Source: Psammoneis japonica
Lineage: Eukaryota
Direction of reading: 5' to 3'
Length of the DNA stretch: 64,000 nucleotides
Assembly (NCBI GenBank): GCA_008632985.1
Contig: QPGO01000084.1
Coordinates: forward strand, 62,001-126,000
The notes beneath the pieces were generated by a model that saw nothing but the letters and a program-made list of their open reading frames with translations, was not told where the DNA came from and did not search any database. A program made the position numbers and the translations under genes. Positions 1-12,400 of the stretch are shown here, one piece after another (the stretch's first letter is position 1; each line of letters starts with the position of its first letter).

Positions 1-399
1 CGACCCACCGTTTCGAATAAAGTCAATCACGTGAAGGAGTTTTCGTACAGAAACGGGAGAAATCGATGAGAGACGCTCGAAATCTTTCTCTTCCAAAAGT
101 CCAAGATCATCGACCGTCTCAACCCCGAGCTCTGAAAACAGAATCGAGAGCTCCGCAGCGTCAGTAGATTCAAAACGAATTCCAAGAAAAGAAAACAGAT
201 TCATGAATGGAGTGGATTCGGTAGGAGACGACTCCGGCGTTGAGTCCGAGCTATCGTTCTCCTCAAACTGATGACGATTCGCATCGGAATACTTGGAGGT
301 GGGAGTCACAAGAGCGGCAGTCATATTTCCCTCTCTGCTTTCTTCCGTGGGAGCGGTCAAGGATGGTGCTGAGACGTTCGTTGGGATTGGAGTAGTCAT
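1..399 (-). CDS. Partial ORF running off the window edge; possibly the N-terminus of a retroelement Gag-like or SAM-like protein
   Basis: ATG at 399, open to position 1 (MTTPIPTNVS...LGVETVDDLGLLEEKDFERLSSISPVSVRKLLHVIDFIRNGGS). Not in the ORF track because there is no stop in the window. Identity is a guess. Confidence 0.35.
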   Translation of the reverse strand, partial: MTTPIPTNVSAPSLTAPTEESREGNMTAALVTPTSKYSDANRHQFEENDSSDSTPESSPTESTPFMNLFSFLGIRFESTDAAELSILFSELGVETVDDLGLLEEKDFERLSSISPVSVRKLLHVIDFIRNGGS

Positions 400-759
400 T
401 ATGATTCGACAGCGCGTCCGCAGTACGCTATCAACAAAGCCGAAACAAGCAAGACGCAACTCGAAAGTGTAAGTATAAGAGAACTAACATCTCAAGTCAC
501 TATTGAATCAAGTCTTACATTTACCAATCGATAGCTACAGAGAGGGAACCTATGGTATTGTTGCGTCGCGTTGGAGTTTTGATGCAACACAGAAATGACA
601 ACAACAACACTCAACACGCTCTACAGTACAGTACCTATCTGCGGCGGGCGGCGGCTCGTCGTGTTGCGTGTGCGCGCCATATTTTGGGCGCCGTAGAACC
701 GTATGTACTGTCGCACCATAGAGTTGGAACACAGTCGCCAACGACGGATAGAGCATGAT

Positions 760-3700
760 GCTTCCTCTACCACTCTCTCTGCTCTAGCTGCTTCCTCCGG
801 TGAGCGATAATTGTCCACGAGCAAACACCGTGTTGTCATTTTTGGGCCGCACATCTTGGTGCTGCTTCTGCTCAAAATGGCTCGGAGGGAAAAGCATCCA
901 CGACCCACGTCAAAACTGACGTGCAATTTGTCACTGTGCAGTGCAGCACCAGCACCTTGTTTTCGAAAGCCGATTCCTTTGAACAAGCACAGGAGCCAAG
1001 GCCATTCGTGCCCCACTTGCTGTGCTGGTGCCGAGAACTGTCTGCTTTAATGTTGTTGGGCAGTTGTCATTTACATTGCTGACACAATGAATCACTTTGC
1101 CGACGAAGATCAACAGACTCAACATGTCGTGAGTGACATCATGGGCAAGACGAGATGGGAAAAGACTGACCAAGACTTCTGCAACAAGTTGAAGAATGGA
1201 GCAAACGAGCTGACATCCTTTCCGAACACGATTTGCACCCATTCTTTATAAATCAGGTTTTCGGCAAGCCAAGGAGGTTGTCATCAAAACCGATCGCAAC
1301 TGCGTTTTCTGGTTCCATCCTTTTTCGACGATGCTGTGATTTCTCACGATGAAGCCACATCCATCAAAGTTGTCCGAAAAAAGTCCCAGTCCAGCATGCC
1401 ACCATTGGCTGTGAATGGACAAGATTGCAGGAGTGGCAGAAGTGGGAGGCTGACATTGTTGCCAAGTGGAACGACTGCAAAGGGGAACACAACGCAGTGC
1501 TGACGGAGCAATCCGACTGGCAAGCCATGGAAGTGAGAGCTCATGCAAAGGGAGCTGCCACTGTCAAGACTCGCTCTGAGGCTGACACATGCAATCAGGA
1601 GCTGCTCACCATGGCAACCTTGCCTGATGAGGAGAAGTCGTGCACTGCCAAGTCAAAGGAGGAACTCCAAGCAGTTGTTGGAGCCTCAAGTGCTGCTGAG
1701 CTCAAAGATGTGAGAGTGCTCGACATCTCACCAGTTGCACGCATGATTTCAAGAACAATGGCATTGGTGCAAACCTTGACATTTGTGGTGACACCCACGC
1801 ATTTTACCTTGGTGAAAACAAAGGACGGAAAGCTCAATTTGCTCCATGTTCTGGAGGCATTCGGCTTCAATGTCACTTTGGAGGCAGCGGAGTCAGAGCT
1901 CTTTGGCACAGACGGACAAGGTCAAGAAGCTGCTCTGTCTCTCTGCTCTCTCTGGCTGGAGGGCCTGCTGCACTCAATGAGGTTGTGACTGCCAACGTTT
2001 CTCCTCCCACTTGCAGGCAACTTGAGATTCAACGCCTCAAGGCCAAGTTGGAAGAGCTGAGAGCAAAGATTGCCCAGTGGTGAGTGAGGGTTGGGGCCTC
2101 CTGAAAGAATCTCACACTGTTGTCCCAACATGCTTTACTTCCAGCGATGCATTCTCCAGCAGCATTGCATTTCTTGTTGACTGTGCACTTTTCAACGTTG
2201 CGCTTGTGCTTTGTGCACGGCAGCATCATGTGTCACGAGTGCAGCACAATTGCAGTGAAACTGCAACACATCGGGGGGTCTGGATGATCCACGTTCCGCC
2301 TTTGGTGCTGGCACTGTGGAAGCCAGTGCTCTCAACAGAATGAATGTGTCATCTGCACCTGTCACCAGTGCTCTTCTGCCCCATTGCCTCCCAACACTCC
2401 ATTCCATCACTGCTTGGTGGTGATCAATGAGATGGCCCAAAACAAACAGGTGACCTGGTGCGATGGTGCTTGCGGCCAATGTCCGTCAATGTTTCAAAAC
2501 ACCAGAGCGCAGCAGAGCTTCAAACAACAATGCAGGCTAAAAAAGGAGCAAGGTCGCCTGCATCGCTGACAACTCAACACTGTCGATTGCACTTCACTGG
2601 TGGATCAAGCTGGCCGCAAGCTCTGCATCATTGATGAAATTGAAAGCCTTGAGAGATTTGAGTCAGAGCACTTTGACAAATGCACCTGCACATGTGGGAC
2701 CCAAGAGCACATGGACAAACTGGAGCGCGAAGTGCTCAATGCGTGAGAGGAAGCCAAACTGGACCTTGAAGCTCAAGTGGAAGTGAGCATGCTCAAGATC
2801 AGCTGAGGCAATGTTGAAACAAGCCAATGAAGTGCATCGACTCACAAATGACATGGACGTCAAGATGCCATGACTGGACATTGGCATGGAATGGCACAAT
2901 GGGAGTCATGCATCTTTTCATCGCTTTTGCCTTCTGAGCAGTGCAGCACGCACCAAGTGAGCACCTTTGTCACATTCTGCAGCGTGGTCGTCACTGTTGA
3001 AAGGAGCGCCAGTGCACAGCGGACTGCACTGACCAAGCAACTTGTGGTGGGATTCCAGCCAAGCTGCTTCTGTGTGACATTGCCAGCGACAATCTTGGTT
3101 GTGTTGTGTTTGGTTCCAATTCTGCCGACGGGATCAGAATTTCTTCCCAAGATCTTTTCCACCACATGGCATGCGTGGTTCTTCGCTTGTCCAAAAATGT
3201 TCACAACTGTGCTCCAAAGTGAAACTGCCATTTGATGATGGCACATGTCAACCTTGACAACTCTTGTTGGTGGGGTCAGCTGTTGTGCATTGGTTTGGTT
3301 GCATGTGTTCTCCAAGTGTGCAGCAGAAGTCTTGTCGAGAAAGCCCAGTCAAGGCCTTTCGCTTTTGCTTTTGTCCATGAGCACCAGCAGAGCCATGCTT
3401 CGCACTGACACAAGCACAGTGTGCTTGATGTGGCTTGAATCCAATGAACCTGCATGGCACAAAATCAATTTCAAAGCAACATGTTCCAATCCAGCCGATG
3501 GCAATGCACAGCGCAAAGGCGCGGTCTTGTTGCTTTGAGCGACACTTTCTGGTTTGAAAGGGAGCTCTGTTTCAGTTCACTCTGGTGGACCACCAGCACT
3601 CACCAAAACAATCGGTTTGTGTGGAGCCTCTCCAACACTGCTGAAGGCTCAAGAAAAAGTTCAACAGCACAAAAAAGTTCAGCATGAATCGCTGAGAAAG

Positions 3701-3880
3701 CACAGAATCCAGTTTCTAGAAGCGCTGTGTTTCACATCCATGAGACGGCGTGACATGCTGGCACTGACAACTGCAAGGTCTCAGATCTGCTGACATTGTG
3801 ATCTGACTGTCCTTTCTCAAATAAAATGAAAGCATCATCATCATCATCATCTCGCCGCGATGTTCTACACTGAAGAACAC
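760..3880. other. Decayed TpA- and CpG-depleted tract, probably a transposon or repeat relic
   Basis: About 3 TA dinucleotides in 1261-3700 by eye; Cys/His-rich ORFs in all frames; no recognisable domain. Confidence 0.55.
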
Positions 3881-5499
3881 GAGAAACCTCCGGATTTTTT
3901 CGAATGTACAATGTCAGGCGCTGTATGTTTGAAATGCATGATGCGATTTATATAAATCAACAATGATGTAGACCGCGGTAATGAGAATGTCATTTGCAGT
4001 CTTCAGGAAAAGATAAATCTGAATAGGTACACACTGACGATGTTGACAAAGGCAGGCAAATTCGCGCGATTGGAATTCATAACCTATTTGGTGACCACAC
4101 GACAGTGCCAGGTGCCATAATGTCGATGCGAATGTTCCGCCGACGAAGCGAAGTGGTGAGCAACGACGCCATTGCCATTACAGCATTGCTGTTGAATCCA
4201 GAGACAGGTTTTGGTGTTGTATCAACGACGGTGCAGTGTCGCCATGGCCATGCTGTTTCATTCTTGTTGGAATTATCGGAGAGCAGCAGTGGTGACAGTG
4301 CTACGGCAAGTGCAGATGCCTTCTCTGCCTTGGCCGATATGAATACAGCCTTGAAGAAGAAGAAGAACCGACGAACGGAGTAACGTTTGATCATGCCGAC
4401 AAATTCTTCTCAGTAATCTCTCGAGCGCAAATGAATAAATTCGTGATAGCGTACAACCTGCACTCCGAGATTTAAACGTAGGTATTTTGACACTGCATTC
4501 TCGTTGCTGCGGCAGTCTACTTTGTTGATGGCCGGAAGTACATATGCTGGTCAGGAAGGTTTCTCTCCGTATATCTGCTTACAACTTCCCTTCTGTCGCT
4601 TTTTTCTTTGCTATATGTTATAGATCGATCTCTCTTGACACCGCAAAGTAAGAAACTCCAAGACGGGTGTTCGGGAATACTAAGGATACGTTGTGGCCTC
4701 GACAACATGGCAAAGGTGGATGAGCCCTACTCGGTGGACGATTTGGCGAGAGGAGGAGCTGCCTTGAATACAATCGCTGCCTAGCTGTTTGGAGCCAATG
4801 ACGAGGGCAAGACCATGGCCATGACGACACCGGTACAAGTTGTAGCGTACTTCTTGGATCGAGAAATCAACTTGGAGGATATGCTAAGCATTTGGCGTCG
4901 GAACTTCGACAATCAAATCAACTTCAAGGGCTACCAGTATTGCCAGTATCCTGAATCATGTGCAGGTGTCCTTGGCGTTGAATCCTTCTTTCTATTACGA
5001 CTTCTACAAGACTACAACATGGACCGTCGTGGAGATGATTTCTGATGAATGGCGTGTATCTATCTGCTTCTTGTCTTCTCTTTGTGCTTCAGCTTACCTT
5101 TGCAACTCTCTTACCGTACAGCACTGGATACTCATTCGCCGGCCGAGCTAACCAATACGAGCAAAGCCGTAGCAAAGGTTGTTGACGAGGAACCTGTTCA
5201 CGAGAGTAATTGGAGCGATGCTGAAGCAGGTACGTCGACCTATTTACTGCTTATCTTTTCTTTGCCCGATGCACCTCGTTCACGTAAAATACAATCATGA
5301 AGCTTGCTCTCTACTTTGTAACCACGACAATCCTGAGAAATGAGAGAAACAGGTCATAAATGTTTGAAATCGTTATTCAACTACCCATGCTGTTCGTCCA
5401 GGCAGCAGTCTTGTTGCTAAAATATGTTGCTCACCCGTGTTGCAATTCGGGTTCTTTTTATGACAGATGCCGCCTTCACCCACAAGTCAGCCTCGAGGA

Positions 5500-6101
5500 A
5501 ATACCTCAACAGGGTGATTCACCCGAATTATTGATGGAGGACATTGTGCGTGCGGGTGCAGGCTTGTGTCGCATGGATGCTTTACAAAAAGTGGCCACCG
5601 AAGGCCGCAATGTCGTGGAGGAACTCTTGTCGAATACTACCAACAACAGCAGCTTTGCCAATTTCCCGTTTGATCGTAATCCAAACGGCAATAGTCTCAA
5701 GTGTTGTTTAGGTGCTTATTATTTGTTCATGTTGGTTATTATGCTGTGTTGATGGATGCTGCTTGTGTATGATTCTCACTTTAAATTCACACTCTATATT
5801 TCTTTTCACAGAAGCATCCCACGTGGCTCCCCGTATTATTCATTGCAAGGATCACACGGGCAAGGCAATTACACAGCATTTAGCCGAGGCCGCCGCACGT
5901 CACCCCTTGATTGAGCTTGTCCCCAATACTTTGGTCACGGATGTGCTAGTGGATGACGAAAAGTGTTTTGGCGTTTCGACTTTAAACACAGAAACAGTCA
6001 AATGGACAATCTCTATTCAAATTCGCGGCGCCGTCTTGGCAATAAATGGCGGATTGGCGGGTATTTATCAGCACTCGACCAATCCCTCGGGGTTTAGATA
6101 A
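5500..6101 (+). pseudogene. nadB: L-aspartate oxidase gene fragment that retains an intron
   Basis: GDSPELLMEDIVRAGAGLC...FDRN...CL|EASHVAPRIIHCKDHTGKAIT...GGLAGIYQHSTNP resembles NadB. GT-AG intron 5712-5811 restores the frame. Truncated at both ends, stop at 6099-6101. Confidence 0.75.
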
Positions 6102-6531
6102 TGCTCAATGCCGCAAGAGCCAAGTTAAACGTGTGGAATAGAAAAAACGAAAAAAAGTTAAAAGAGTAGTAGTATAATAGTAATAGTAATGCAAAATTGC
6201 AAAGCTTAAAATAAGAAGAAAATCAAGTTCTTTTCAAAAAGGATCCGCCACAACATTGTTGGATGCAGTTGCAGCCATTAATATATTCTTAGAGGAATGG
6301 TGATAAACGACAGGAAGCAAGCCAATTACACTTATCGGCTTGGCTACTCTCCCAACCGAGACGCACATTGAGGTGAACCAATGCAGGCGTTGGCCCGCGC
6401 TGCTACAATTTATGTTTGCAGTGCGTTCTATTTAGGCGATATTCATAACTGGGTGACAATGTATTGTACGTAAGTACTGTAGCACAGTGTTTTTCTAAAA
6501 GGTACGTGCCCCAAATAACGTACCGGCATTA

Positions 6532-8148
6532 TTAATCCCCCCTCTGTTCCAACACTACATCAACCTTGTCGTACATCGCGAGCTCCAGACTGGCACAAGT
6601 CCAGTCATCTTCAATTCGCTCACCGTCCAAAAGGAAACGGAGAGACGCAACACTCACACCTACCCTCTGCGCATACGACATCATCAATGTACCCATTCTG
6701 GTGTTGTGTTGAAGGCGGGATAAAGTCTCTTGTCCCATCTGATCTCGAAGTCGAATTATAAGATTTCTGTTGTCCCTTGCTTCCTTATCTGTCATATCAG
6801 AACCAAGAATTCGTAGCCAACGATTTGACACGGACGCCAAAAGAGCTCTAGGCGACATTGATTCAGCATTGTCATCCTGTGCTCTAGAGAGAGAAAGCAC
6901 GCTAAGATCAATCTGATAGAGAGCTGCATAACCCCGATCAGCATTGTCATCCTGTGCTCTAGAGAGGGAAGGCACGCTAGGATCAATCTGATCGAGAGCA
7001 GCTCCCCAATCAACACGAGAGGACTCTGCTGCGGGGATGCAAAGAGCCTCCATCCCGGCAATGCGTTTTAGGGACTGACATGTCTGACTCAGGCGAGCCA
7101 GATCACCAAGATCACGAAGCCAATCGAGAACCCCAAACAAGAGGTCAATCGGAAGGGTGAAGAAGATCCCTGCCGACTCATCCAGTGATGGAAGCTTTGC
7201 AGAAAGGGTTCTTGGCCCATTGCTCAACAGTGGCAAATTTTCGCCATTTGAGGGTGCATTGACGCTCGTGCAACAACGATCGAATTGCTCCATGATCTCA
7301 CCAACGTGAACAGCACCCTGTGCACCAATGTCTTGCGGCAAGTGTGCTCTGTGAGCAGGCGACACGAACACTGCCACGGAGGCAGGTCGCACCAAAAGAG
7401 AGGGATCCAGCCGAACCTTGAAAACTCGGGAGCGTCGCTCGCCTCGGTTTTGAACCCGGTGACTCACGGCACGGAACACACCGCCAGTTGCACGTTCGAG
7501 GGTGTAACCGCATAACACAGCACAGACACCAGGTGGCTGAGGTCCAAGATCAATCCACTCGTCGCGGACTCGAACTTGCAGATCATTTGGATTGATGCAC
7601 ACGGACATCAAACCTCTGTCAACATGAGCAGCAACATGGAGGCGTTCTGGATTGGACTCATGGTGCAGAAAGCCAGTCAAGAGATGCTTGTCGGAGTTGT
7701 TGTGTGCATTTGTCCATGCGAGGTGTTCGCCGTTGTTTGGGAGTGCATCCTCTGCAAATTCCTCACCACTGTCCTCATCGCTGTCCAAATGCCTCAAGAT
7801 GTGAACGTTTGTGCCATCAAACAAACTGCTGCGTGGACGCTTCATGCTGTCACAGCAGCCTCCAGCTGCAGTGGGAACATGCGAGCAGCTCGGCACCTGA
7901 CAAGAGTCAGACGTTGAAGTGCAGTGGAGCATGTCCTTGTGATTGCTGGGAGCGCATCCTTCCTCTGTTGCGGACATCAGGAGACTCTTTGTTGCAGATG
8001 AAAGCACAAAGCAACGTTCTTCAGCTGCATCCATCACAGCATCACTGACGTTCCTTGGTTGCACCAAGCAAAAAGAATGCTCTTGCAGAGCAAGAACAAC
8101 ATCTTCGGAGCAAGCGCTGCTGCTTCCCAACGGATGGACCCTCAGCAT
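6532..8148 (-). CDS. 2OG-Fe(II) oxygenase-like + F-box-like + C-terminal SUMO/ubiquitin-like fusion protein; 5' part TpA-hypermutated, may be non-functional
   Basis: HVD...HRV...RRS oxygenase motif; F-box-like LPIDLLFGVLDWL...LARLSQTCQSL; SUMO-like LMMSYAQRVG...LRFLLDGERI...LEQRGD. First ATG at 8148. Confidence 0.65.
   Translation of the reverse strand: MLRVHPLGSSSACSEDVVLALQEHSFCLVQPRNVSDAVMDAAEERCFVLSSATKSLLMSATEEGCAPSNHKDMLHCTSTSDSCQVPSCSHVPTAAGGCCDSMKRPRSSLFDGTNVHILRHLDSDEDSGEEFAEDALPNNGEHLAWTNAHNNSDKHLLTGFLHHESNPERLHVAAHVDRGLMSVCINPNDLQVRVRDEWIDLGPQPPGVCAVLCGYTLERATGGVFRAVSHRVQNRGERRSRVFKVRLDPSLLVRPASVAVFVSPAHRAHLPQDIGAQGAVHVGEIMEQFDRCCTSVNAPSNGENLPLLSNGPRTLSAKLPSLDESAGIFFTLPIDLLFGVLDWLRDLGDLARLSQTCQSLKRIAGMEALCIPAAESSRVDWGAALDQIDPSVPSLSRAQDDNADRGYAALYQIDLSVLSLSRAQDDNAESMSPRALLASVSNRWLRILGSDMTDKEARDNRNLIIRLRDQMGQETLSRLQHNTRMGTLMMSYAQRVGVSVASLRFLLDGERIEDDWTCASLELAMYDKVDVVLEQRGD
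6862..6995. repeat. 75-bp tandem duplication inside the ORF
   Basis: QIDPSVPSLSRAQDDNAD and QIDLSVLSLSRAQDDNAE, 25 codons apart. Confidence 0.8.
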
Positions 8149-8842
8149 GAAACGCAAAGAAGAGACACAGAGCCAGGAGTTGTGGAGTGCGAATGAGAAC
8201 AGTTGCTGTGATGTGAATTTGAGAAGAGTGGGTAGACTGCCGGCAAAGGTTCGAAGTTTGAACACTGAACACCAACTTGGGGGAAGTCTCCAGCCACCTG
8301 CTGGCTGAAGAATCTTGTGTAGAATTTGTACTGAACGAGTCTGTCAATCTGTGCGTTAGGGGGTTTGGTGAACGCTGGACAGAATCGTCGTGTTTTTTGT
8401 ACGTAAAAATTCTACTGGCAAAACCCCCATACGCACTGACGAACAGACTTTTTTTAGCCAGCAGCTGGCTGGAGTCTTCCCCCAAACTAACACCGCGACC
8501 GCCGACCGCGGCAAATCCTTGGACCGCGGGAAGTTCCATCACGTAGACTACCGGTACTACTGGCTGGGGGGGACACGTACCGTACTGTACTGTTGGCTTC
8601 TCACTAACTACCGGTACTTCAGCTTTACGCAAGCTTTTTTGGAGCTCGTGGAGACCTCGTCCTTGTAATTCCTACGTGATCGTTAGTACTGTACTATACG
8701 TAGTACGTAACATATCATATACAGTACTGTAAAAATTATGACATGAACATTACATCACCATGACATCACAACCATACTCTCCACTCGCGTGCAATGCGCG
8801 AGAACCCGGCTGAACCAATCAAATCCGACATCGTGTCAAGTA

Positions 8843-9137
8843 CTACAAATTGCAAGACAATTGCGCGATTCACGTGCCCGAAGGTGGAATATCGTTGCCC
8901 GAAGCAACATTCTCCCTTCGCGCAGATGTCAATTCTACGTATGATGTGGTATCAAAATTTTCATTTTGGTCCCAGTCATTTCATCAAATGACCTTGTGGT
9001 ACTCTCCTACGTGATCTACGAAAATCGGAGCTTCGGGCTGGCTGGTACATTTTCTACAGGCTCTACGTGCGCGAAGCTCGAATTTCAACAATCACCCTTC
9101 GGGCACGTGAATCGCGCAATTGTCTTGCAATTCGTAG
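8843..9137. mobile_element. MITE, Tc1/mariner-type, about 295 bp
   Basis: About 42-bp terminal inverted repeats (CTACAAATTGCAAGACAATTGCGCGATTCACGTGCCCGAAGG and its reverse complement, 1 mismatch), flanked by TA at 8841-8842 and 9138-9139. Confidence 0.85.
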
Positions 9138-9405
9138 TATTGTAGGACTAGAGTGCAACCGTGCGTCGCTCTCTCTATATTATATATTTAAAAAATGAGA
9201 ACCCTACCCATCAAATATAAACTCTTAAATTCTGTAGATCTCCTATTTGTGGTATCCATCGGCTCTTTTTGCAGAAAAAGATTCTTCACCACACCCACAC
9301 CACAAAACAAAGAACAACAACACCTCCTCCTCTGAATCTATCTATCTAGCTATTGCTATCACTGCTATTTCAAAAGGCTCCTTTTGCTAGTTGAACAACA
9401 TCATC

Positions 9406-12400
9406 ATGTTTCGCCATGGCGCCTTGAGGCGTGCCGCTACCCGCGTCGCTGGCCGTAGCGGTGCTCGTCGTCGATTGCTGTCCTGCAACAAGTCCACTCT
9501 GGCGGCCACTCGTCATCACGTTCCCGTTGCTACGCTTGGTACTACTACTTCGTCCTCTTTTGATTTCCAGCAGAACCGCTACAAGAGCACCGCCATGACG
9601 GTGGATGAAGTGTATGAAACCAAGCCCTTTGACAAGATCTTAGCCGCAAACCGTGGAGAAATTGCCACGCGCATCATGAGAGCTTCTGCCGAATTGGGAG
9701 TTGCTACCGCTGGTATCTATTCACATGAAGGTGAGAATGAACAAGGATGTATTGTACTGCGCATGATGGAAGCCATTGTTCTTGTCCTAGAGTAGTGATT
9801 GCGGTGTGGTCGGTCATTGTCGTGGCAAAGAGCAGATGCGAAGCCCAAACGGATAGATTTTTACGGAATTTCACATTTCGGAATGTCTGTGTCTTTATTC
9901 GTTCGTCGTACAATTCTACGTCCCCTAGTAGCATAGTGGACAAGCGAGATTCCCTTTTCCGAAAAATATCTTTTTGTTCTTGACGAAACTAGTAAACTAC
10001 CGTCTTGCTTTCTCAAACTCCGATTCTAATGGTACCTTTCTCTCTCTCTTCTTCAGATCGCTTCACACAACACCGTTACAAGGCCGATCAAGCCTTCCAA
10101 CTTGACTCGACGAAGTCTCCTGTCGCTGCCTATTTGGACATCCAAAACATTGTCGAAATTTGCAAGAAGAACGGGGTGCAGGCTGTGCATCCCGGTTATG
10201 GCTTTTTGAGTGAAAACCAAGGCTTTGCCGATGCCCTTGAAAAGGCTGGCATTGTCTTTGTTGGACCCACCGTCGAGAACTTGAATACCTTTGGAGACAA
10301 AACGTCGGCTCGTGAATTGGCCATTGCCATGAAGGTCCCCGTCGTGCCGGGAAGCGAGGATGCCATTGCCACCGTCCAAGGGGCACGAGAGTACATCGAG
10401 AACCCGGCCAATAATTGCGGTTATCCCGTCATTGTCAAGGCTGCCATGGGTGGCGGAGGGCGTGGTATCCGTGTCGTGCCCACGGCGGATGATTTGGAGC
10501 CCATGTTTACCCAAGCCTCCAACGAAGCCCTTAACGCCTTTGGTGATGGACGGTGCTTTGTTGAAAAGTATGTTGAATCACCCCGCCATATTGAAGTGCA
10601 GTGTCTTGGAGACGGAACGGGCAATGTCGTGCATCTCTATGATCGAGACTGCTCGGTGCAGAGGCGCCATCAAAAGGTCGTCGAGACGGCTCCAGCGGAG
10701 GGATTGGATCCCAATACGCGCCAGCAGATCCTTGACGATGCCAAGCGACTCCTTTCGGCCAACAATTACCGCAATGCGGGAACGGTGGAATTCTTGGTGG
10801 ACAAGCACGGAAAGCACTTCTTCATGGAGGTCAATCCCCGTGTCCAAGTCGAACATACCATTACAGAAGAAATTACTGGTGTGGACATTGTGCAGTCTCA
10901 AATCCTGATTGCTTCCGGCAAGACTCTACCGGAGTTAGGATTGGTTCAAGAAAACATAAACCCGCCCGACAATGTGTTTGCCATGCAGTGCCGTGTGACA
11001 ACGGAGAATCCCGCTCAAGATTTCCGTCCCGACACCGGCACCATTGACGTCTTTCGCATGCCGGCCGGAATGGGCATTCGTCTCGACGATGGTCCGGGAT
11101 TTCCCGGAGCCAAGATTACACCCCACTACGATTCTCTTCTCGTCAAGATTACCGCCAAGGCCAGGAACCGCCGTGAGGCTGCCGCCAAGCTGGTCCGTGC
11201 TCTCAAGGAATTCCGTGTTCGTGGTGTCACCACTAACAAGTCCTTCTTGTTGAATGTGTTGGAGAATGACCAATTCTTGACGGGTGTCGTGGACACTGGT
11301 TTCATTGCGGCCAACCCCGAGCTGCTTGCTCCGCTCAAGGAGAAGGATCGTGCGCAGAAGCTTCTACATTACATTGGGGAAATCATAGTCAATGGTACGC
11401 CCAAGACGCTGGGTGCGGTCGGACCGACTCCACCCAGTGTGACTGATCCATACATCCCCACCATTGAACCCGTGGCCAAGACCAAACCTTCCCTCAAGGA
11501 AATCTTTGACAAGGGCGGTGGCGAAGCCTTTGCCAAGGCGGTGCGTGAAAACGACGGGCTACTCATTACCGACACCACGTGGCGTGATGCGCACCAGTCA
11601 CTACTCGCGACACGTCTACGTACCATTGATATGCTCAACATTGCTCCAGCCACGTCGGTGGCGCTACGGAACGCGTATTCATTGGAATGCTGGGGTGGTG
11701 CGACCTTTGATGTGTGCATGCGTTTCCTTCGCGAGTGCCCCTGGAACCGTCTTGCCAGTTTTCGAGAGGCTGTGCCCGATATCCCCTTTCAGATGCTCTT
11801 GCGTGGCGCCAATGCTGTTGGTTATACCTCATATCCCGACAATGTCGGTGAGTACTCTTTGCATTGCTCAAATGGATGTGTGAAAGACCCACTTACAACT
11901 CCCCCCTTGTATTGTATCCAGTGTACGAGTTTTGCAAGCAAGCAAAGGAAACAGGTATGGATGTTTTCCGCGTCTTTGATTCCGTTAATTATATCGAGAA
12001 CATGAAGCTGGGAATCGACGCTGTTGGACAAGCTGGTGGAATTGTAGAAGCCGCATGCTGCTATACAGGTGACGTGTCAGATCCGACTCGTGGCATGTAC
12101 AATCTTGAGTACTACCTGAATTTCGTTCGCGAGCTAGAGGCGCTCGGTATCCATGTTCTCGCGATAAAAGACATGGCTGGACTCCTCAAGCCCGAGGCTG
12201 CGACCATGCTGGTCAGTGCGATTCGCCAAGAGCATCCGAATCTTCCCATTCACGTCCATACACACGACACCGCCGGTACTGGAGTCGCGTCCATGTTGGC
12301 GGCCGCCAAGGCCGGAGCAGACGCTGTCGATGCGGCTTCGGATGCCATGTCGGGAACCACTTCTCAGCCCTCTCTTGGTGCTATTGTAGCCAGTACGGCC

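Noticed and set aside
559..755. LTR belonging to the ORF at 1-399
   Set aside because: No partner LTR in the window and no convincing primer-binding site.
4077..4394. Short-chain dehydrogenase fragment (RNIRIDIMAPG)
   Set aside because: One weak motif only; no GxxxGxG or YxxxK.
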